Notes: generated from the letters alone by a model not told the origin. A stretch of DNA of 64,000 nt from Balneolales bacterium (GCA_041749075.1 JBGTBY010000035.1:209870-273869); one strand, 5' to 3'. Counted from the first letter of the stretch, positions 43,805 through 54,965 are shown. Numbers and translations are program-made.

Positions 43805-45602
43805 GGGGAAATTCCTCCTTCCATTCGTCTTTCTGGCCGGTTTCGGGTTGGTCTTTTTTATAGAAGATGGCGTTTTCGATGACCAAAATATCCATGTTCG
43901 TGCGCATGAAACATCGATAGGCGTCTTCTGGCGTGTTCACGATGGGTTCGCCTCGCACATTGAAACTGGTATTGATGAGAACGGGACATCCCGTCAAGGC
44001 ATCAAACTCGGTGATGAGGGATGTGAACCGTGGATGGCGATCGGCCGAGACCGTCTGAATCCGTGCTGAATAATCGATATGTGTGATGGCCGGGAGATCG
44101 GAGCGCAACTCATATAAGCGATCGAACCCCGTTTTGGTCGCATCCACGAATTTGCACCGAGCCGCATCCACATCCGCCACAATCAACATATAGGGCGATT
44201 CCTCATCCAAATCGAAATACTCTTTTGCTTTTTCAGCTAAGACAGCCGGAGCGAACGGACGAAAACTCTCACGGAATTTGATGTTCACATTCAGCTCGCG
44301 TTGCATGTCGGGCGAGCGCGGATCTCCGAGTATTGATCTGGCTCCCAGTGCGCGCGGACCGAATTCCATGCGTCCCTGAAACCATCCCACAATCTTTCCA
44401 TCGGCGATAGCTTGTGCGACGAGTTTGTCGATGTCGGATGGGGACAACCACGACATGACCGCCCCGTGAGGTTGCAAGGATTCAAGAATTTGGGATTCCG
44501 AGTACTTCGGACCGAGCAAAGAACCTTGCATCGCATCCGCGCCGCTCACCACTCGGGGCTGCTTTTCCACCTGATACCAGGCGAACAAGGCCGCACCCAG
44601 CGCGCCACCCGCATCCCCTGCGGCGGGCTGTATCCAAAGTCGGTCGACGATCTTCTCCTTGAGCAGCATTCCGTTTGCCACGCAGTTCAGCGCCACACCT
44701 CCGGCCATAACGACGTTCCGGAGTCCGGTCTGAGTGGTGATGAACCGTGCCACGCGACGCACCACCTCTTCAGTGACGACCTGTACCGACGCCGCGAGAT
44801 CCATCTCCCGTTGCGATATCGGAGTTTCCGGCTTCCGTGGCGCCGCCCCAAACAACGTTGCGAAGCGCCGGTTCGTCATCGTCATGCCGGTGCTGTAATT
44901 GAAATAGCGCTGATTCAGCAGAAACGAGCCGTCGTCTTTCAAATCGATCAGATGCTCGAAGATCAGATCGGCGTAGATCGGTTTGCCATAGGGCGCCAAC
45001 CCCATCAGTTTATACTCGCCGGAATTGACCTTGAATCCGCAATAATAGGTGAACGCGGAATACAACAATCCCAATGAATGCGGGAAATGTTGCTCATGCG
45101 TGAGCATTATGGTGTTTCCCTTTCCAACGCCCAAGGTGCTAGTGGCCCATTCGCCGACCCCATCCATCGTAATGATGGCGGCTTCTTTAAATGGAGATGG
45201 GAAAAACGCAGACGCCGCATGCGATTCATGATGTTCGGTGTACATCATGCGTCCAGTGAAATTCAATGTCGTGCGGATGGTGTCTTCGATCCACAATTTT
45301 TCCTTGATCCAAATCGGTAAGGCTTCCCACGCACTCCTCAATCCTTTCGGCACATAAGCCAGATAAGTTTCCAGCAGGCGCTCGAATTTGAGGAAAGGCT
45401 TGTCGTAAAAGGCGACGATATCGACTTGCTCGATCGTGATTGCCGCCTCCTTCAGACAATACTCGATCGCATGAGACGGAAACGAGGCATCATGCTTTTT
45501 TCGGGTGAATCGTTCTTCCTGCGCAGCGGCGATGATCACGCCATCGCGCAGAATCACTGCGGCGGCATCGTGATAGAAACAGGAGATTCCCAGGATGTGC
45601 AT
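43797..45602 (-). CDS. Carbamoyltransferase, NodU/CmcH/TobZ family
   Basis: 601 aa. MHILGISCFYHDAAAVIL..AAAQEERFTRKKHD.., ..EHHESHAASAF.. (Kae1-like domain) and ..VLINTSFNVRGEPIV.. (YrdC-like domain) are present. Confidence 0.9.
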   Translation of the reverse strand: MHILGISCFYHDAAAVILRDGVIIAAAQEERFTRKKHDASFPSHAIEYCLKEAAITIEQVDIVAFYDKPFLKFERLLETYLAYVPKGLRSAWEALPIWIKEKLWIEDTIRTTLNFTGRMMYTEHHESHAASAFFPSPFKEAAIITMDGVGEWATSTLGVGKGNTIMLTHEQHFPHSLGLLYSAFTYYCGFKVNSGEYKLMGLAPYGKPIYADLIFEHLIDLKDDGSFLLNQRYFNYSTGMTMTNRRFATLFGAAPRKPETPISQREMDLAASVQVVTEEVVRRVARFITTQTGLRNVVMAGGVALNCVANGMLLKEKIVDRLWIQPAAGDAGGALGAALFAWYQVEKQPRVVSGADAMQGSLLGPKYSESQILESLQPHGAVMSWLSPSDIDKLVAQAIADGKIVGWFQGRMEFGPRALGARSILGDPRSPDMQRELNVNIKFRESFRPFAPAVLAEKAKEYFDLDEESPYMLIVADVDAARCKFVDATKTGFDRLYELRSDLPAITHIDYSARIQTVSADRHPRFTSLITEFDALTGCPVLINTSFNVRGEPIVNTPEDAYRCFMRTNMDILVIENAIFYKKDQPETGQKDEWKEEFPLD

Positions 45603-45619
45603 GACAAAAGAAAGGCGCT

Positions 45620-46573
45620 CTATGGCGCCTGTACTTCCTTGATAAAGTATTCGAGGGTGCGTTTCAGGCCTTCATGGCGATCCACTTTTGGTTCCCAACC
45701 CAATATGGTGCGGGCCTTGGTGATATCCGGTTGACGGATTTTTGGATCGTCTTCTGGCAAGGGTTTGTAAATCAGCTTGCTTTTGGAGCCGGTGAGTTCG
45801 ATGATTTCCTTAGCGAATTCCTCAATTGTGATTTCGGTCGGGTTTCCGACGTTCACCGGATAGGAATAATCACTTGCCGCTAGGCGCACGATCCCTTCAA
45901 CCAGATCATCGACATAACAGAAGGAACGCGTTTGACGCCCATCACCGAAAATGGTGATGTCTTCTCCTCGCAAAGCCTGACCCATGAAGGTTGGCAGTGC
46001 ACGTCCGTCGTCGAGGCGCATTCTTGGTCCGTAGGTGTTGAATATCCGGATCATCCGGGTTTCCACATGATGGTAGCGATGGTAGGCCATCACAAGTGCT
46101 TCGGCGAATCGTTTGGCTTCGTCGTAGACTCCACGTAATCCGATGGGGTTCACATTTCCCCAATATTCTTCTTTCTGCGGATGAACGGTTGGATCGCCAT
46201 AGACTTCACTGGTGGAGGCTTGCAAAAATCTCGCACCTTTTTCTTTGGCCAATCCGAGAGCCTTATGCGTTCCCAAGGCTCCCACTTTCAGGGTCTGGAT
46301 CGGCATTTCCAGATAATCAATAGGGGATGCGGGCGATGCGAAGTTCAAGATCAAATCCAATTTTCCAGGTACATGGATGAACTCGGTCACATCCTGATGG
46401 AAAAAGTGGAAATGCTTGTTGGCCATCAAATGCTCGATGTTGTGAATACGTCCGGTGCTGAGATTGTCCATACACGACACATCCCAACCGTCATTCAGAT
46501 ATCGTTCACACAAGTGGGAACCAAGAAACCCGGCTCCACCCAAAATCAAAACACGGCGATTACTTGTTGGCAT
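45620..46573 (-). CDS. uxs: UDP-glucuronate decarboxylase (UDP-xylose synthase)
   Basis: 317 aa. ..[16 protein letters not shown].., ..ASTSEVYG.. and ..YDEAKR.. form the SDR YxxxK catalytic motif in the UXS context. Confidence 0.85.
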   Translation of the reverse strand: MPTSNRRVLILGGAGFLGSHLCERYLNDGWDVSCMDNLSTGRIHNIEHLMANKHFHFFHQDVTEFIHVPGKLDLILNFASPASPIDYLEMPIQTLKVGALGTHKALGLAKEKGARFLQASTSEVYGDPTVHPQKEEYWGNVNPIGLRGVYDEAKRFAEALVMAYHRYHHVETRMIRIFNTYGPRMRLDDGRALPTFMGQALRGEDITIFGDGRQTRSFCYVDDLVEGIVRLAASDYSYPVNVGNPTEITIEEFAKEIIELTGSKSKLIYKPLPEDDPKIRQPDITKARTILGWEPKVDRHEGLKRTLEYFIKEVQAP

Positions 46574-47891
46574 AAATGGGCTTTCTACCGACGCTGATAT
46601 AGGTTAAACCTTCTTTTTCCGCTTTTTCCAAGTCGTAGAGGTTGCGACCGTCGAAAATGACCGGATTGTTCATCGATTGGCGGATTTCTTCGAAATCGAC
46701 CGAGCGGAACTCGTTCCATTCGGTGCAAATCACAAGCGCGTCGGCCTTATCGATCGCTTCTTTGCGATTTGAGACAAACTCGACTTGAGCAGACAATTCC
46801 GCGCCAAACGCTTGTTTGAAGGTGTGAATGGCTTCTGGATCGTAGGCACGGATTTTCGCGCCGGCTTCCAGCAATTCTTTTAGGATATACAGGGCCGGAG
46901 CTTCGCGAACGTCGTCGGTTTCTGGCTTGAATGCCAGCCCCCAAACGCCGAAGGTTTTTCCTTTCAAGGCGCCTTGGTAGAACAGCTTCACTTTTTCGAC
47001 GATCGATAATTTCTGACGGTCGTTCACTTCCATCACCGCTTTAAGGATTTGGAAGTTGTAGCCATACTCATCCGATGTGAAATCAAGGGCTTGCACATCT
47101 TTCGGGAAGCAGCTGCCGCCGTATCCGATACCAGCGAACAAGAAGCGTTTTCCGATACGAGAATCTGTACCGATACCACGACGCACATTGTCCACATTCG
47201 CCCCGACGCGCTCACAGACATTCGCAATTTCATTCATGAACGTGATTTTCGTTGCGAGGAACGCATTCGCGGCATATTTGGTGAGCTCGGAACTGCGCTC
47301 ATCCATAAACAAGACTGGATTTCCGCTGCGCACGAACGGATCATACAATTGCTTCATCAGCTCGATCGCACGCGGGGATGTCGTTCCGACGACCACACGC
47401 TCCGGTTTCATGAAATCTTCCACAGCGGCGCCCTCACGAAGAAATTCCGGGTTCGAAACCACATCAAATTCCACTTTGGCATTTCGATTCAAACGCTCGG
47501 TCACTTTTTCTGCGGTTCCAACAGGTACCGTGCTCTTGTTGACGATCACCTTATACGATTTGATGATCTTGCCGATATCCTCACCCACGTTCAAGACATA
47601 CTTGAGATCGGCTTGGCCATCCGCACCTGGAGGGGTTGGCAGACACAAGAAAATGATGTCGCAATTGTCGACAGCGTATTCCAAATTGTTTGTGAATTCG
47701 AGGCGAGCTTCACGCACACTGCGATCGAACAACGGTTTGATGCCGGGTTCGTAAATAGGAATCTCCCCTTTTTTTAGGGATTCAAGCTTCGCAGGATTGT
47801 TATCCACGCAAATCACGTGGTTTCCGCTGTCTGCAAAACACACACCGGTCACTAGGCCTACATAACCGGTGCCAATAACGCCAATTTTCAT
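46560..47891 (-). CDS. ugd: UDP-glucose 6-dehydrogenase
   Basis: 443 aa. [20 protein letters not shown].., ..[14 protein letters not shown].. (catalytic Cys) and ..[17 protein letters not shown].. are present. Confidence 0.92.
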   Translation of the reverse strand: MKIGVIGTGYVGLVTGVCFADSGNHVICVDNNPAKLESLKKGEIPIYEPGIKPLFDRSVREARLEFTNNLEYAVDNCDIIFLCLPTPPGADGQADLKYVLNVGEDIGKIIKSYKVIVNKSTVPVGTAEKVTERLNRNAKVEFDVVSNPEFLREGAAVEDFMKPERVVVGTTSPRAIELMKQLYDPFVRSGNPVLFMDERSSELTKYAANAFLATKITFMNEIANVCERVGANVDNVRRGIGTDSRIGKRFLFAGIGYGGSCFPKDVQALDFTSDEYGYNFQILKAVMEVNDRQKLSIVEKVKLFYQGALKGKTFGVWGLAFKPETDDVREAPALYILKELLEAGAKIRAYDPEAIHTFKQAFGAELSAQVEFVSNRKEAIDKADALVICTEWNEFRSVDFEEIRQSMNNPVIFDGRNLYDLEKAEKEGLTYISVGRKPIYANK

Positions 47892-47895
47892 GTGA

Positions 47896-48366
47896 TTATC
47901 TCTCGATGTTTAGGATTTCAAATTCGATGACACCCGCAGGTGCGGTAACAGGAACGACGTCACCTATGGATTTACCAAGGAATGCAGCTCCGATTGGAGA
48001 ATCGATCGAAATGCGATTCAAATTGAAATCAGCTTCTTGAGCCGACACCAAGGTGTATTTCATCTGCTTGGATGACCGTTTGTTCAAAACGGTGACGGTC
48101 GACAAAATGTAGACTTTGCTGGAATCGACGGTTTTCTCGTCCAATACCCGTGCATTCGACATCGCGTTTTCCAATTCGGCGATGCGTTTTTCTAAATGGG
48201 CTTGAGCCTCTTTTGCGGCTTCATATTCCGAGTTCTCACTCAAATCGCCATGTGAGCGGGCCTCATCAATTTTCGAGGCGATGTCGCGACGGCCACGCGT
48301 CTTCAGATCGCGCAATTCTTCAGTGAGCCGGTCGAAGCCTTCCTGGGATAAATAGGTTGTTTTCAA
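47896..48366 (-). CDS. greA: Transcription elongation factor GreA
   Basis: 156 aa. ..HGDLSENSEYEAAKEAQ.. is the coiled-coil tip. ..ISIDSPIGAAFLGKSIGD.. is the C-terminal domain. Confidence 0.95.
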   Translation of the reverse strand: MKTTYLSQEGFDRLTEELRDLKTRGRRDIASKIDEARSHGDLSENSEYEAAKEAQAHLEKRIAELENAMSNARVLDEKTVDSSKVYILSTVTVLNKRSSKQMKYTLVSAQEADFNLNRISIDSPIGAAFLGKSIGDVVPVTAPAGVIEFEILNIER

Positions 48367-48450
48367 GATGGTCTTGAATAAGGTTTAAAAACCGAAATTA
48401 CGCAAATATGGGCGTATTTTGACTACTCAATCTATTACTGGAATCCCGAT

Positions 48451-48999
48451 ATGAGACGAAAATGGTCAATCCGCGAGTTGGCCCGACGGCATGCCGAACA
48501 CAACGCACCCGACCAACTCGCCACCACCGTGCTCTGGTTGCACAACATCCGAAGCATGCACAACGTGGGTTCCGTATTCCGTTCCGCCGATGGATTCGGC
48601 ATCGGCGAAATCTGGCTTTCGGGTCACACTCCCACACCTCCCCGCCCTGAAATCCACAAAACCGCTCTCGGTGCCGATAAATCCGTGCCATGGAGAACCT
48701 TCGGCCAAGCAAAGGACGTCGTAACCGAACTTCATCATCAAAACCGCTTACTGATCGGAGTGGAGCAAACCACGGATTCGGTTCCGCTTCAGGAACTAGT
48801 ATTGGATCCATCCCGACCCATCTGTGTCGTGTTCGGTAATGAAGTGACCGGTTTGGATGAGGATGTTCTCGCACTAGCCGACATCGTGACCGAAATCCCT
48901 CAATTCGGGAAAAAGCATTCGTTGAATGTGTCCGTTGCCGCTGGAATCGTTTTATTCGGACTGTTTTCTTTGATGGAAACCCAAGCGCATAGACCTTAA
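48451..48999 (+). CDS. SpoU/TrmH-family RNA 2'-O-methyltransferase
   Basis: 182 aa. ..LHNIRSMHNVGSVFRSADGFG.., ..VVFGNEVTGL.. and ..IPQFGKKHSLNVSVAAGIVLF.. are SPOUT motifs 1-3. Confidence 0.8.
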   Translation: MRRKWSIRELARRHAEHNAPDQLATTVLWLHNIRSMHNVGSVFRSADGFGIGEIWLSGHTPTPPRPEIHKTALGADKSVPWRTFGQAKDVVTELHHQNRLLIGVEQTTDSVPLQELVLDPSRPICVVFGNEVTGLDEDVLALADIVTEIPQFGKKHSLNVSVAAGIVLFGLFSLMETQAHRP

Positions 49000-49010
49000 A
49001 TTAGAAGCCT

Positions 49011-51035
49011 ATGTCAAAACGCACGCTTGTTACTTCCGCGCTACCGTACGCCAATGGTCCATTGCATTTGGGTCATTTGGCTGGAGCCTACCTACCCGCC
49101 GATTTGTATGTCCGTTACAAACGCCTTCGCGGTGAGGATATCGTCTTTATCTGCGGATCGGATGAACATGGCGTTCCCATCACCATCGCGGCCGATAAGG
49201 CCGGAGTGAGTCCCCAGGACATTGTCGACCGCAACCATGCCCACATCAAAGAGACGTTCGTCAAGATGGGCATCTCGTTCGATTACTATGGTCGAACCTC
49301 CTCCAAAACGCATCACGAAACCTCGCAGGATTTCTTCACGGTGATGCACGACAAAGGAATTTTCAAGCGCAAAACAGAGAAGCAATTTTATGATCCGGCC
49401 GCAGGCAAGTTCTTGGCAGACCGCTATATAAAAGGGACATGTCCTGTTTGCGGGCATCCTGAAGCTTATGGCGATCAGTGCGAGAAATGCGGCTCATCGC
49501 TATCCCCATCCGAACTGAAAGACCCGAAGAGCGCGTTGACAGGAGCCACGCCTGAATTGCGAGATACTGAGCATTGGTACATCCCGTTGGGTGATCTTCA
49601 ACCGAAATTGGATGCATGGATCGCGACGAAGAAAGATTGGAAGCCGAATGTGCTGGGTCAGGTCAACAGTTGGCTTAATGCCGGACTCGGAGATCGGGCC
49701 GTCACCCGCGATTTGAATTGGGGCGTGAAAGTCCCATTGCCAGATGCGGATGAAAAAGTGCTTTATGTGTGGTTTGATGCGCCCATCGGCTACATCTCCG
49801 CGACCAAAGAATGGGCCGTGGAGCAAGGAAAGCCCGATTTATGGAAATCCTATTGGCGGGATGAGGATAGTGATCTCATTCATTTCATTGGCAAAGACAA
49901 CATTGTGTTTCATTGCTTGATGTTCCCAGCGATGCTGATGTCCTATGGCGGATTCGTTCTTCCGAAAAACGTACCCGCAAATGAGTTTTTGAATTTGGAA
50001 GGACAAAAGTTATCCACCTCCCGCAATTGGGCGGTTTGGATCCATGAATATTTGAATGAGTTTCCGGCCGATTGGCTTCGTTATGCCTTGGCCACCACCC
50101 TACCCGAGACAAAAGATTCCGATTTCAGTTGGAATGAGTTCCAAAACCGTGTGAATGGTGAATTGGCCGACATTTTGGGCAATTTCATCTTCCGAACCAC
50201 ATCGTTCACGCAACGGTTCTTCAATGGTGTGGTGCCGGAAGCGAAAGACCTTTCTGCCACGGATCTTGACATGCTGAAGCAAATCGAGCAGCACAAGGTC
50301 AAGATCGCGGCTTTGTATGAGTCCTTCTCATTCCGTGAAGCGGTTTCTGCGACGATGAGCCTCGCTCGACTCGGAAACAAGTATTTCACGGATTCCGAGC
50401 CATGGAAAACGAGGAATTCGAATCCGCAAGCATGCGCCAACTCCATTTATATAAGTATGCAGTTGTCCGCGGCTTTGTCTGTTTTATTCGACCCCATCCT
50501 TCCGTTCACCATGAAAATCTTGCGTGGCAATCTAGGAATCTCAGATACGACCACATGGGATGAGGTGAACGATCATATGATTTCGTCAGGATCTGCCATC
50601 AGCGCAGAAGCGATCTTATTCCCGAAAGTGGAAGACGCCCTCATCCAAGCTCAGTTGGATAAATTGCATGCGACGGACGCCGTTTCGACAGAAGCACCTT
50701 ATGCCGAGCGCAAGGCTGACATTGTCTATGATGATTTCGCGAAGATGGACTTGCGGACAGGTACTGTCCTTTCCGCCGCTCCTGTTCCGAAATCGGACAA
50801 ACTGTTGTGTTTGCAAGTGGATATGGGGTATGAAACGCGCCAGATCCTATCCGGAATCGCTAAGTTTTTCACCGCGGAAGAAATGGTCGGCAAGAAAGTC
50901 GTGGTTGTGGCCAATCTGAAACCACGAAAAATGCTCGGATTAGAAAGCAATGGCATGATTCTGTTCGCTGAAGACCGCGACGGCACCTTGAAAGCGGTGG
51001 CTTCGGATGGTGAAAACGGAAGCACGGTGGCATGA
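49011..51035 (+). CDS. metG: Methionine--tRNA ligase (with C-terminal tRNA-binding domain)
   Basis: 674 aa. ..SALPYANGPLHLGHL.. is the HIGH motif. There is a CxxC...CxxC zinc knuckle. ..KLSTSRN.. is KMSKS-like. The C-terminal ..DLRTGTVLSA...LLCLQVDMG.. is the Trbp111/EMAP fold. Confidence 0.95.
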   Translation: MSKRTLVTSALPYANGPLHLGHLAGAYLPADLYVRYKRLRGEDIVFICGSDEHGVPITIAADKAGVSPQDIVDRNHAHIKETFVKMGISFDYYGRTSSKTHHETSQDFFTVMHDKGIFKRKTEKQFYDPAAGKFLADRYIKGTCPVCGHPEAYGDQCEKCGSSLSPSELKDPKSALTGATPELRDTEHWYIPLGDLQPKLDAWIATKKDWKPNVLGQVNSWLNAGLGDRAVTRDLNWGVKVPLPDADEKVLYVWFDAPIGYISATKEWAVEQGKPDLWKSYWRDEDSDLIHFIGKDNIVFHCLMFPAMLMSYGGFVLPKNVPANEFLNLEGQKLSTSRNWAVWIHEYLNEFPADWLRYALATTLPETKDSDFSWNEFQNRVNGELADILGNFIFRTTSFTQRFFNGVVPEAKDLSATDLDMLKQIEQHKVKIAALYESFSFREAVSATMSLARLGNKYFTDSEPWKTRNSNPQACANSIYISMQLSAALSVLFDPILPFTMKILRGNLGISDTTTWDEVNDHMISSGSAISAEAILFPKVEDALIQAQLDKLHATDAVSTEAPYAERKADIVYDDFAKMDLRTGTVLSAAPVPKSDKLLCLQVDMGYETRQILSGIAKFFTAEEMVGKKVVVVANLKPRKMLGLESNGMILFAEDRDGTLKAVASDGENGSTVA

Positions 51036-52933
51036 CCCAGACCCAACCGCTTGGAGCCACGTTCACGGCAGACTACATCATCGTCCGTTTATTTTGTCCA
51101 CGCTCTCCGGAAGTGGATATCGAACTATTTCGTCGATACGAAGACCCATCCGGCATGAAAATCCCGATGGTAAGGGATGCGGATGGTATTTGGGAAGTGC
51201 ATTTGCAGCCTACATTCAAGGGATGGTATTATGGATTCCGAATCCTTCCTCCAGCCGATACGATCGGCTTTCAAGCATCTGATTTCGCGGTCTGCGACCC
51301 CTATGCGCATTTCGTTACAGTAACGAACGATGACAAACAAAACCCTCGCGGACGCCTGCTTCCTGATGAACCCTACGATTGGGAAGGCGATACATTCATT
51401 CCCATAAAAGACATCCGCGATCTGGTCATCCAAGAAACGCATGTAAAAGATGCGACCATGGATGCCTCGGCAGGCAGTTCGCATCCAGGCACCTATCAAG
51501 GCTACATCCAACCGAAAATCAAGGGCGGATTGGAGCATGTGAGTCGGATGGGATTCAATGCGGTCGAATTCTTGCCACTGCATCTATATTCGTACAAAGA
51601 ACCGGTTCAGAACGCTTGGAACCCGCATGCGCGGAACCATTGGGGCTACATGACCACCTCCTTCTTCGCACCGGAACCGAGATACATGAAGGGAGTTTCG
51701 ACGGACGAACCTTTGCGCCATTCCGATCCTGCCACACATCGCGCCGTGAAGGATATGGTGAAGGCGATCCATAAGAAAGGAATCGCGGTCATTCTGGATG
51801 TGGTGTACAATCATGTGTCGAATTACGACCTGAATCCACTCAAATACATCGATAAATCATACTACTTCCGGCTGACGGTGGATGGATTCTATCGCTCGGA
51901 TAGCGGATGCGGGAATGATCTGAAGACCGAGAATCCGATGGTCCGAAATCTGATTCTCGATTCACTGATCTATTGGGCGGAAACCTTTCATATCGATGGA
52001 TTCCGGTTCGATCTAGGCCATTTGATCGACAAACAAACGTTGACCGAAATCCGCGATGAGCTTCGTAAAATCAATCCACATGTGCTTCTCATCGCTGAAC
52101 CCTGGGGAGGCGGATACAATCCGCAATTGTTCTCGGAGTTGGACTATACGACGTGGAATGACCAGATTCGGAACGGGGTGAAAGGCTCGGAGCCGGTATC
52201 GAGTCCAGGATACATCTTCGGAAAATGGCACCCGGAAAGCACGCGTTTGTCGTTGGAGAATTATGCAAGAGGCACGCTCGTGCCCCACCCAAACGGCCGC
52301 TATCTGAAATCGGAACACAGCCTGAATTATCTGGAAAGTCATGACGGATACACCATAGGTGATTTCATCCGCCTCACGCTCCGTCCGGAATTAGGAACTC
52401 GCGCTCACGACCGCTCCGATTTGGCGCCACTGACCAGCCATGAGCTTCATATCTCCCGCTTGGCCGCTTTGTATCTGATGATTTCGCAAGGGGTTCCGAT
52501 GATCCATGCCGGACAGGAATGGTCTCGCACCAAAGCTTTGGATCACAACAGTTATGAGAAAGACGACGAAACGAATTATTTGAATTATTCGGATGTGGAC
52601 CTGAATCAGGGCTTGGTGGCTTACTATGCCGGATTGATCGCGCTTCGCAAAGCATCCCCGGCGTTACGACGTTCCGCACCTGAACAGATTCTGTTCCAGC
52701 GGTATGATGACAGTCTGCATATGACCATGACGATCGATGGAAAACCGATCGGTGATCCGCATACCTACTTGATTTCATTGAACGCGAATCCGACCGCATC
52801 ACAGATTGTGCATCTCCCGCCAGGATATTGGGATGTGATGGTATCGGGTCCGCACGCGGGCGACAAACCAATCGCCACAATCGGGGGGATTCTGAATTTG
52901 CCACCGATATCCGGATTCGTTCTGCGAAAATAG
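51032..52933 (+). CDS. GH13 starch/glycogen debranching enzyme (pullulanase/isoamylase-type, N-terminal CBM48-like)
   Basis: 633 aa. The start forms ATGA with the metG stop. ..NHWGYMTTSFFAPE.., ..VILDVVYNH.., ..GFRFDLGH.., ..IAEPWGGG.. and ..YLESHD.. are present. Confidence 0.8.
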   Translation: MTQTQPLGATFTADYIIVRLFCPRSPEVDIELFRRYEDPSGMKIPMVRDADGIWEVHLQPTFKGWYYGFRILPPADTIGFQASDFAVCDPYAHFVTVTNDDKQNPRGRLLPDEPYDWEGDTFIPIKDIRDLVIQETHVKDATMDASAGSSHPGTYQGYIQPKIKGGLEHVSRMGFNAVEFLPLHLYSYKEPVQNAWNPHARNHWGYMTTSFFAPEPRYMKGVSTDEPLRHSDPATHRAVKDMVKAIHKKGIAVILDVVYNHVSNYDLNPLKYIDKSYYFRLTVDGFYRSDSGCGNDLKTENPMVRNLILDSLIYWAETFHIDGFRFDLGHLIDKQTLTEIRDELRKINPHVLLIAEPWGGGYNPQLFSELDYTTWNDQIRNGVKGSEPVSSPGYIFGKWHPESTRLSLENYARGTLVPHPNGRYLKSEHSLNYLESHDGYTIGDFIRLTLRPELGTRAHDRSDLAPLTSHELHISRLAALYLMISQGVPMIHAGQEWSRTKALDHNSYEKDDETNYLNYSDVDLNQGLVAYYAGLIALRKASPALRRSAPEQILFQRYDDSLHMTMTIDGKPIGDPHTYLISLNANPTASQIVHLPPGYWDVMVSGPHAGDKPIATIGGILNLPPISGFVLRK

Positions 52934-52985
52934 AGTTCGTTTATGTATCATTGGCGCTTAAACGTCAACCATCACGGAGGATCCT

Positions 52986-54350
52986 TTGAACAGTGCCGCA
53001 CCTGAAACACGTGGAAGTTGGAATTCAAAAATCGGATTCATATTTGCCGCCGCTGGCTCAGCCGTCGGATTAGGCAACATTTGGGCGTTTCCTGCTAAAG
53101 CCGCGGATAACGGCGGCGCCATCTTTCTAATCGTCTACCTGCTATGCTGCCTGATCATCGGTTTTCCGGTGATGGTGGGCGAACTTACTCTGGGTCGACA
53201 CACAAAAAAGAACCCGGTTGGCGCATTCAAATCCCTCAGTAATCACTTCTTTCCACCGCTCATCGGCTTCTGGGGTGTGTTGTGCGGCGTGATGATCCTC
53301 TCCTTCTATTTGGTTGTGGCGGGATGGACAGCCGGTTATGTGATGGAGGAATTCATGTTTTTCATGGGTCAACCCGAATGGGCGACTTGGTTCGGAGATC
53401 TAACGAACGGACCGAAAAATGCCATTTTCTCTGTTCTATTCATGTTGGCCACGGTGATGATCATCACTGGCGGAGTTTCCGGTGGCATTGAAAAAGCCAC
53501 GAAACTCATGATGCCAGCATTGCTTGTGATTCTAGTCATCATGATCGGGTATGTGGTCACTCTTCCAGGTGCCATGGAAGGTGTCAAAACCTATCTGCGT
53601 CCTGATTTCTCCCAATTGACTGGTACAGTGATCTTCAGCGCATTGGGCCAATCCTTCTTTTCTCTTTCGTTGGGCATGGGGTGTCTTATCACCTATGGCT
53701 CCTATATGAGCAAGAAACAAAACATGGTGGAATCGGCCATGTATGTGACGCTGACGGATTTCTCCGTCGCTTTCCTTGCTGGATTCCTGGTCATTCCAGC
53801 CATGTTCGTCGCTCAGAACAGCGGCATCACCATTTTTAATGCGGAAGGCAATCTGGTCGCTGGCGGACAATTGGTGTTCCAAGTGTTACCAGCCATGTTC
53901 CATAGCATGGAATCAACCGCTGGCATCATCGCCGGAGTGATGTTCTTTGTTCTATTGGGATTGGCGGCGCTTACATCCACCATCAGCCTATTGGAAGTTC
54001 CAGTGGCATATGTGGTAGATGAGCATGGCGTGAGTCGGAAACGAGCAGCCTGGGGTGTTGGAGCCGTCATCTTGAGCTTGTCTCTCATCATCTCATTCAA
54101 TGTCGGCTTAATCGATGTGCTGTCGACGTCTTTCAATGATGTGGGTCTGCCTTTAGGCGGATTCATGATCTGCATATTCCTGGGATATGTGTGGACCACA
54201 CAAAAAGCGTTGATCGAATTAGGGGAAGGATATCCGGGCTTGGAAACCAGTTGGTTCAAACCGGTTTGGGTGATCTTCATCAAATACATCTGCCCTATTC
54301 TGATCGGTGCCGTCTTCATTGCCACCATATATAGACTTTTAACAGTGTAG
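52986..54350 (+). CDS. Sodium-dependent transporter, NSS/SNF family (second paralog)
   Basis: 454 aa. The TTG start is preceded by GGAGGA. ..IGFIFAAAGSAVGLGNIWAFPAKAADNGGAIF..GFPVMVGELTLGR.. is the NSS TM1 signature. Confidence 0.88.
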   Translation: MNSAAPETRGSWNSKIGFIFAAAGSAVGLGNIWAFPAKAADNGGAIFLIVYLLCCLIIGFPVMVGELTLGRHTKKNPVGAFKSLSNHFFPPLIGFWGVLCGVMILSFYLVVAGWTAGYVMEEFMFFMGQPEWATWFGDLTNGPKNAIFSVLFMLATVMIITGGVSGGIEKATKLMMPALLVILVIMIGYVVTLPGAMEGVKTYLRPDFSQLTGTVIFSALGQSFFSLSLGMGCLITYGSYMSKKQNMVESAMYVTLTDFSVAFLAGFLVIPAMFVAQNSGITIFNAEGNLVAGGQLVFQVLPAMFHSMESTAGIIAGVMFFVLLGLAALTSTISLLEVPVAYVVDEHGVSRKRAAWGVGAVILSLSLIISFNVGLIDVLSTSFNDVGLPLGGFMICIFLGYVWTTQKALIELGEGYPGLETSWFKPVWVIFIKYICPILIGAVFIATIYRLLTV

Positions 54351-54392
54351 ACTTAGCCGTATTTTTGGGCTTTCCGAAACCAACTCATTTTT

Positions 54393-54965
54393 ATGCCAAA
54401 AGTTACGACTGCAGACTTCAAGAACGGTCTGACCCTTCAATTTCCTGACGACATCTACACGATCATTGAATTCTTGCATGTGAAACCTGGCAAAGGTGGC
54501 GCATTCGTCCGTTCCAAACTCAAAGGAGTGACAAACGGCAAAGTTTTGGATAAGACTTTCCGTGCTGGCGAGACCTGCGAATCGGTCCGCATCGAGCGTC
54601 AGCCTTATCAATATTTGTATCGTGATGCCGATATTTACTATTTCATGCATCAGGAAACCTACGAGCAGATCGGTGTGAACTCGAAGAATGTGGATCGCCC
54701 GGAGTTCATGAAAGAAAGCGAGCAGGTGTACATCGTGATCAATGCCGAGACCGAAACCGTCATGTTCACCGAATTGCCGGATCATGTGATGTTGTTGGTT
54801 GCACATACCGAGCCTGGCATCAAAGGTGATACCGCTCAAGGTGCTACCAAACAAGCGGAATTGGAAACCGGAGCCAAGATCAATGTTCCGTTGTTCATCA
54901 ACGAAGGTGATAAATTACGAGTGGACTCCCGAAACGGGTCCTATATTGAACGGGTCAAACAATAA
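54393..54965 (+). CDS. efp: Translation elongation factor P
   Basis: 190 aa. ..[19 protein letters not shown].. is the loop with the conserved tip Lys. Confidence 0.95.
   Translation: MPKVTTADFKNGLTLQFPDDIYTIIEFLHVKPGKGGAFVRSKLKGVTNGKVLDKTFRAGETCESVRIERQPYQYLYRDADIYYFMHQETYEQIGVNSKNVDRPEFMKESEQVYIVINAETETVMFTELPDHVMLLVAHTEPGIKGDTAQGATKQAELETGAKINVPLFINEGDKLRVDSRNGSYIERVKQ

Noticed and set aside
44412-45077. 221-aa plus-strand ORF inside the carbamoyltransferase gene
   Set aside because: It is an antisense shadow ORF, and the carbamoyltransferase frame carries all family motifs.
42164-45602. The idea that AckA supplies the acyl-phosphate donor for the adjacent carbamoyltransferase
   Set aside because: Acetate kinase (ASKHA fold) makes acetyl phosphate, not carbamoyl phosphate. 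Carbamate kinase belongs to a different family. The adjacency is more simply explained by genome compaction.
47049-47777. Two long plus-strand ORFs (242 aa and 225 aa) inside ugd
   Set aside because: They are antisense shadow frames of a highly conserved UDP-glucose dehydrogenase. Two overlapping frames are both open, which argues for codon-bias artefact rather than coding.
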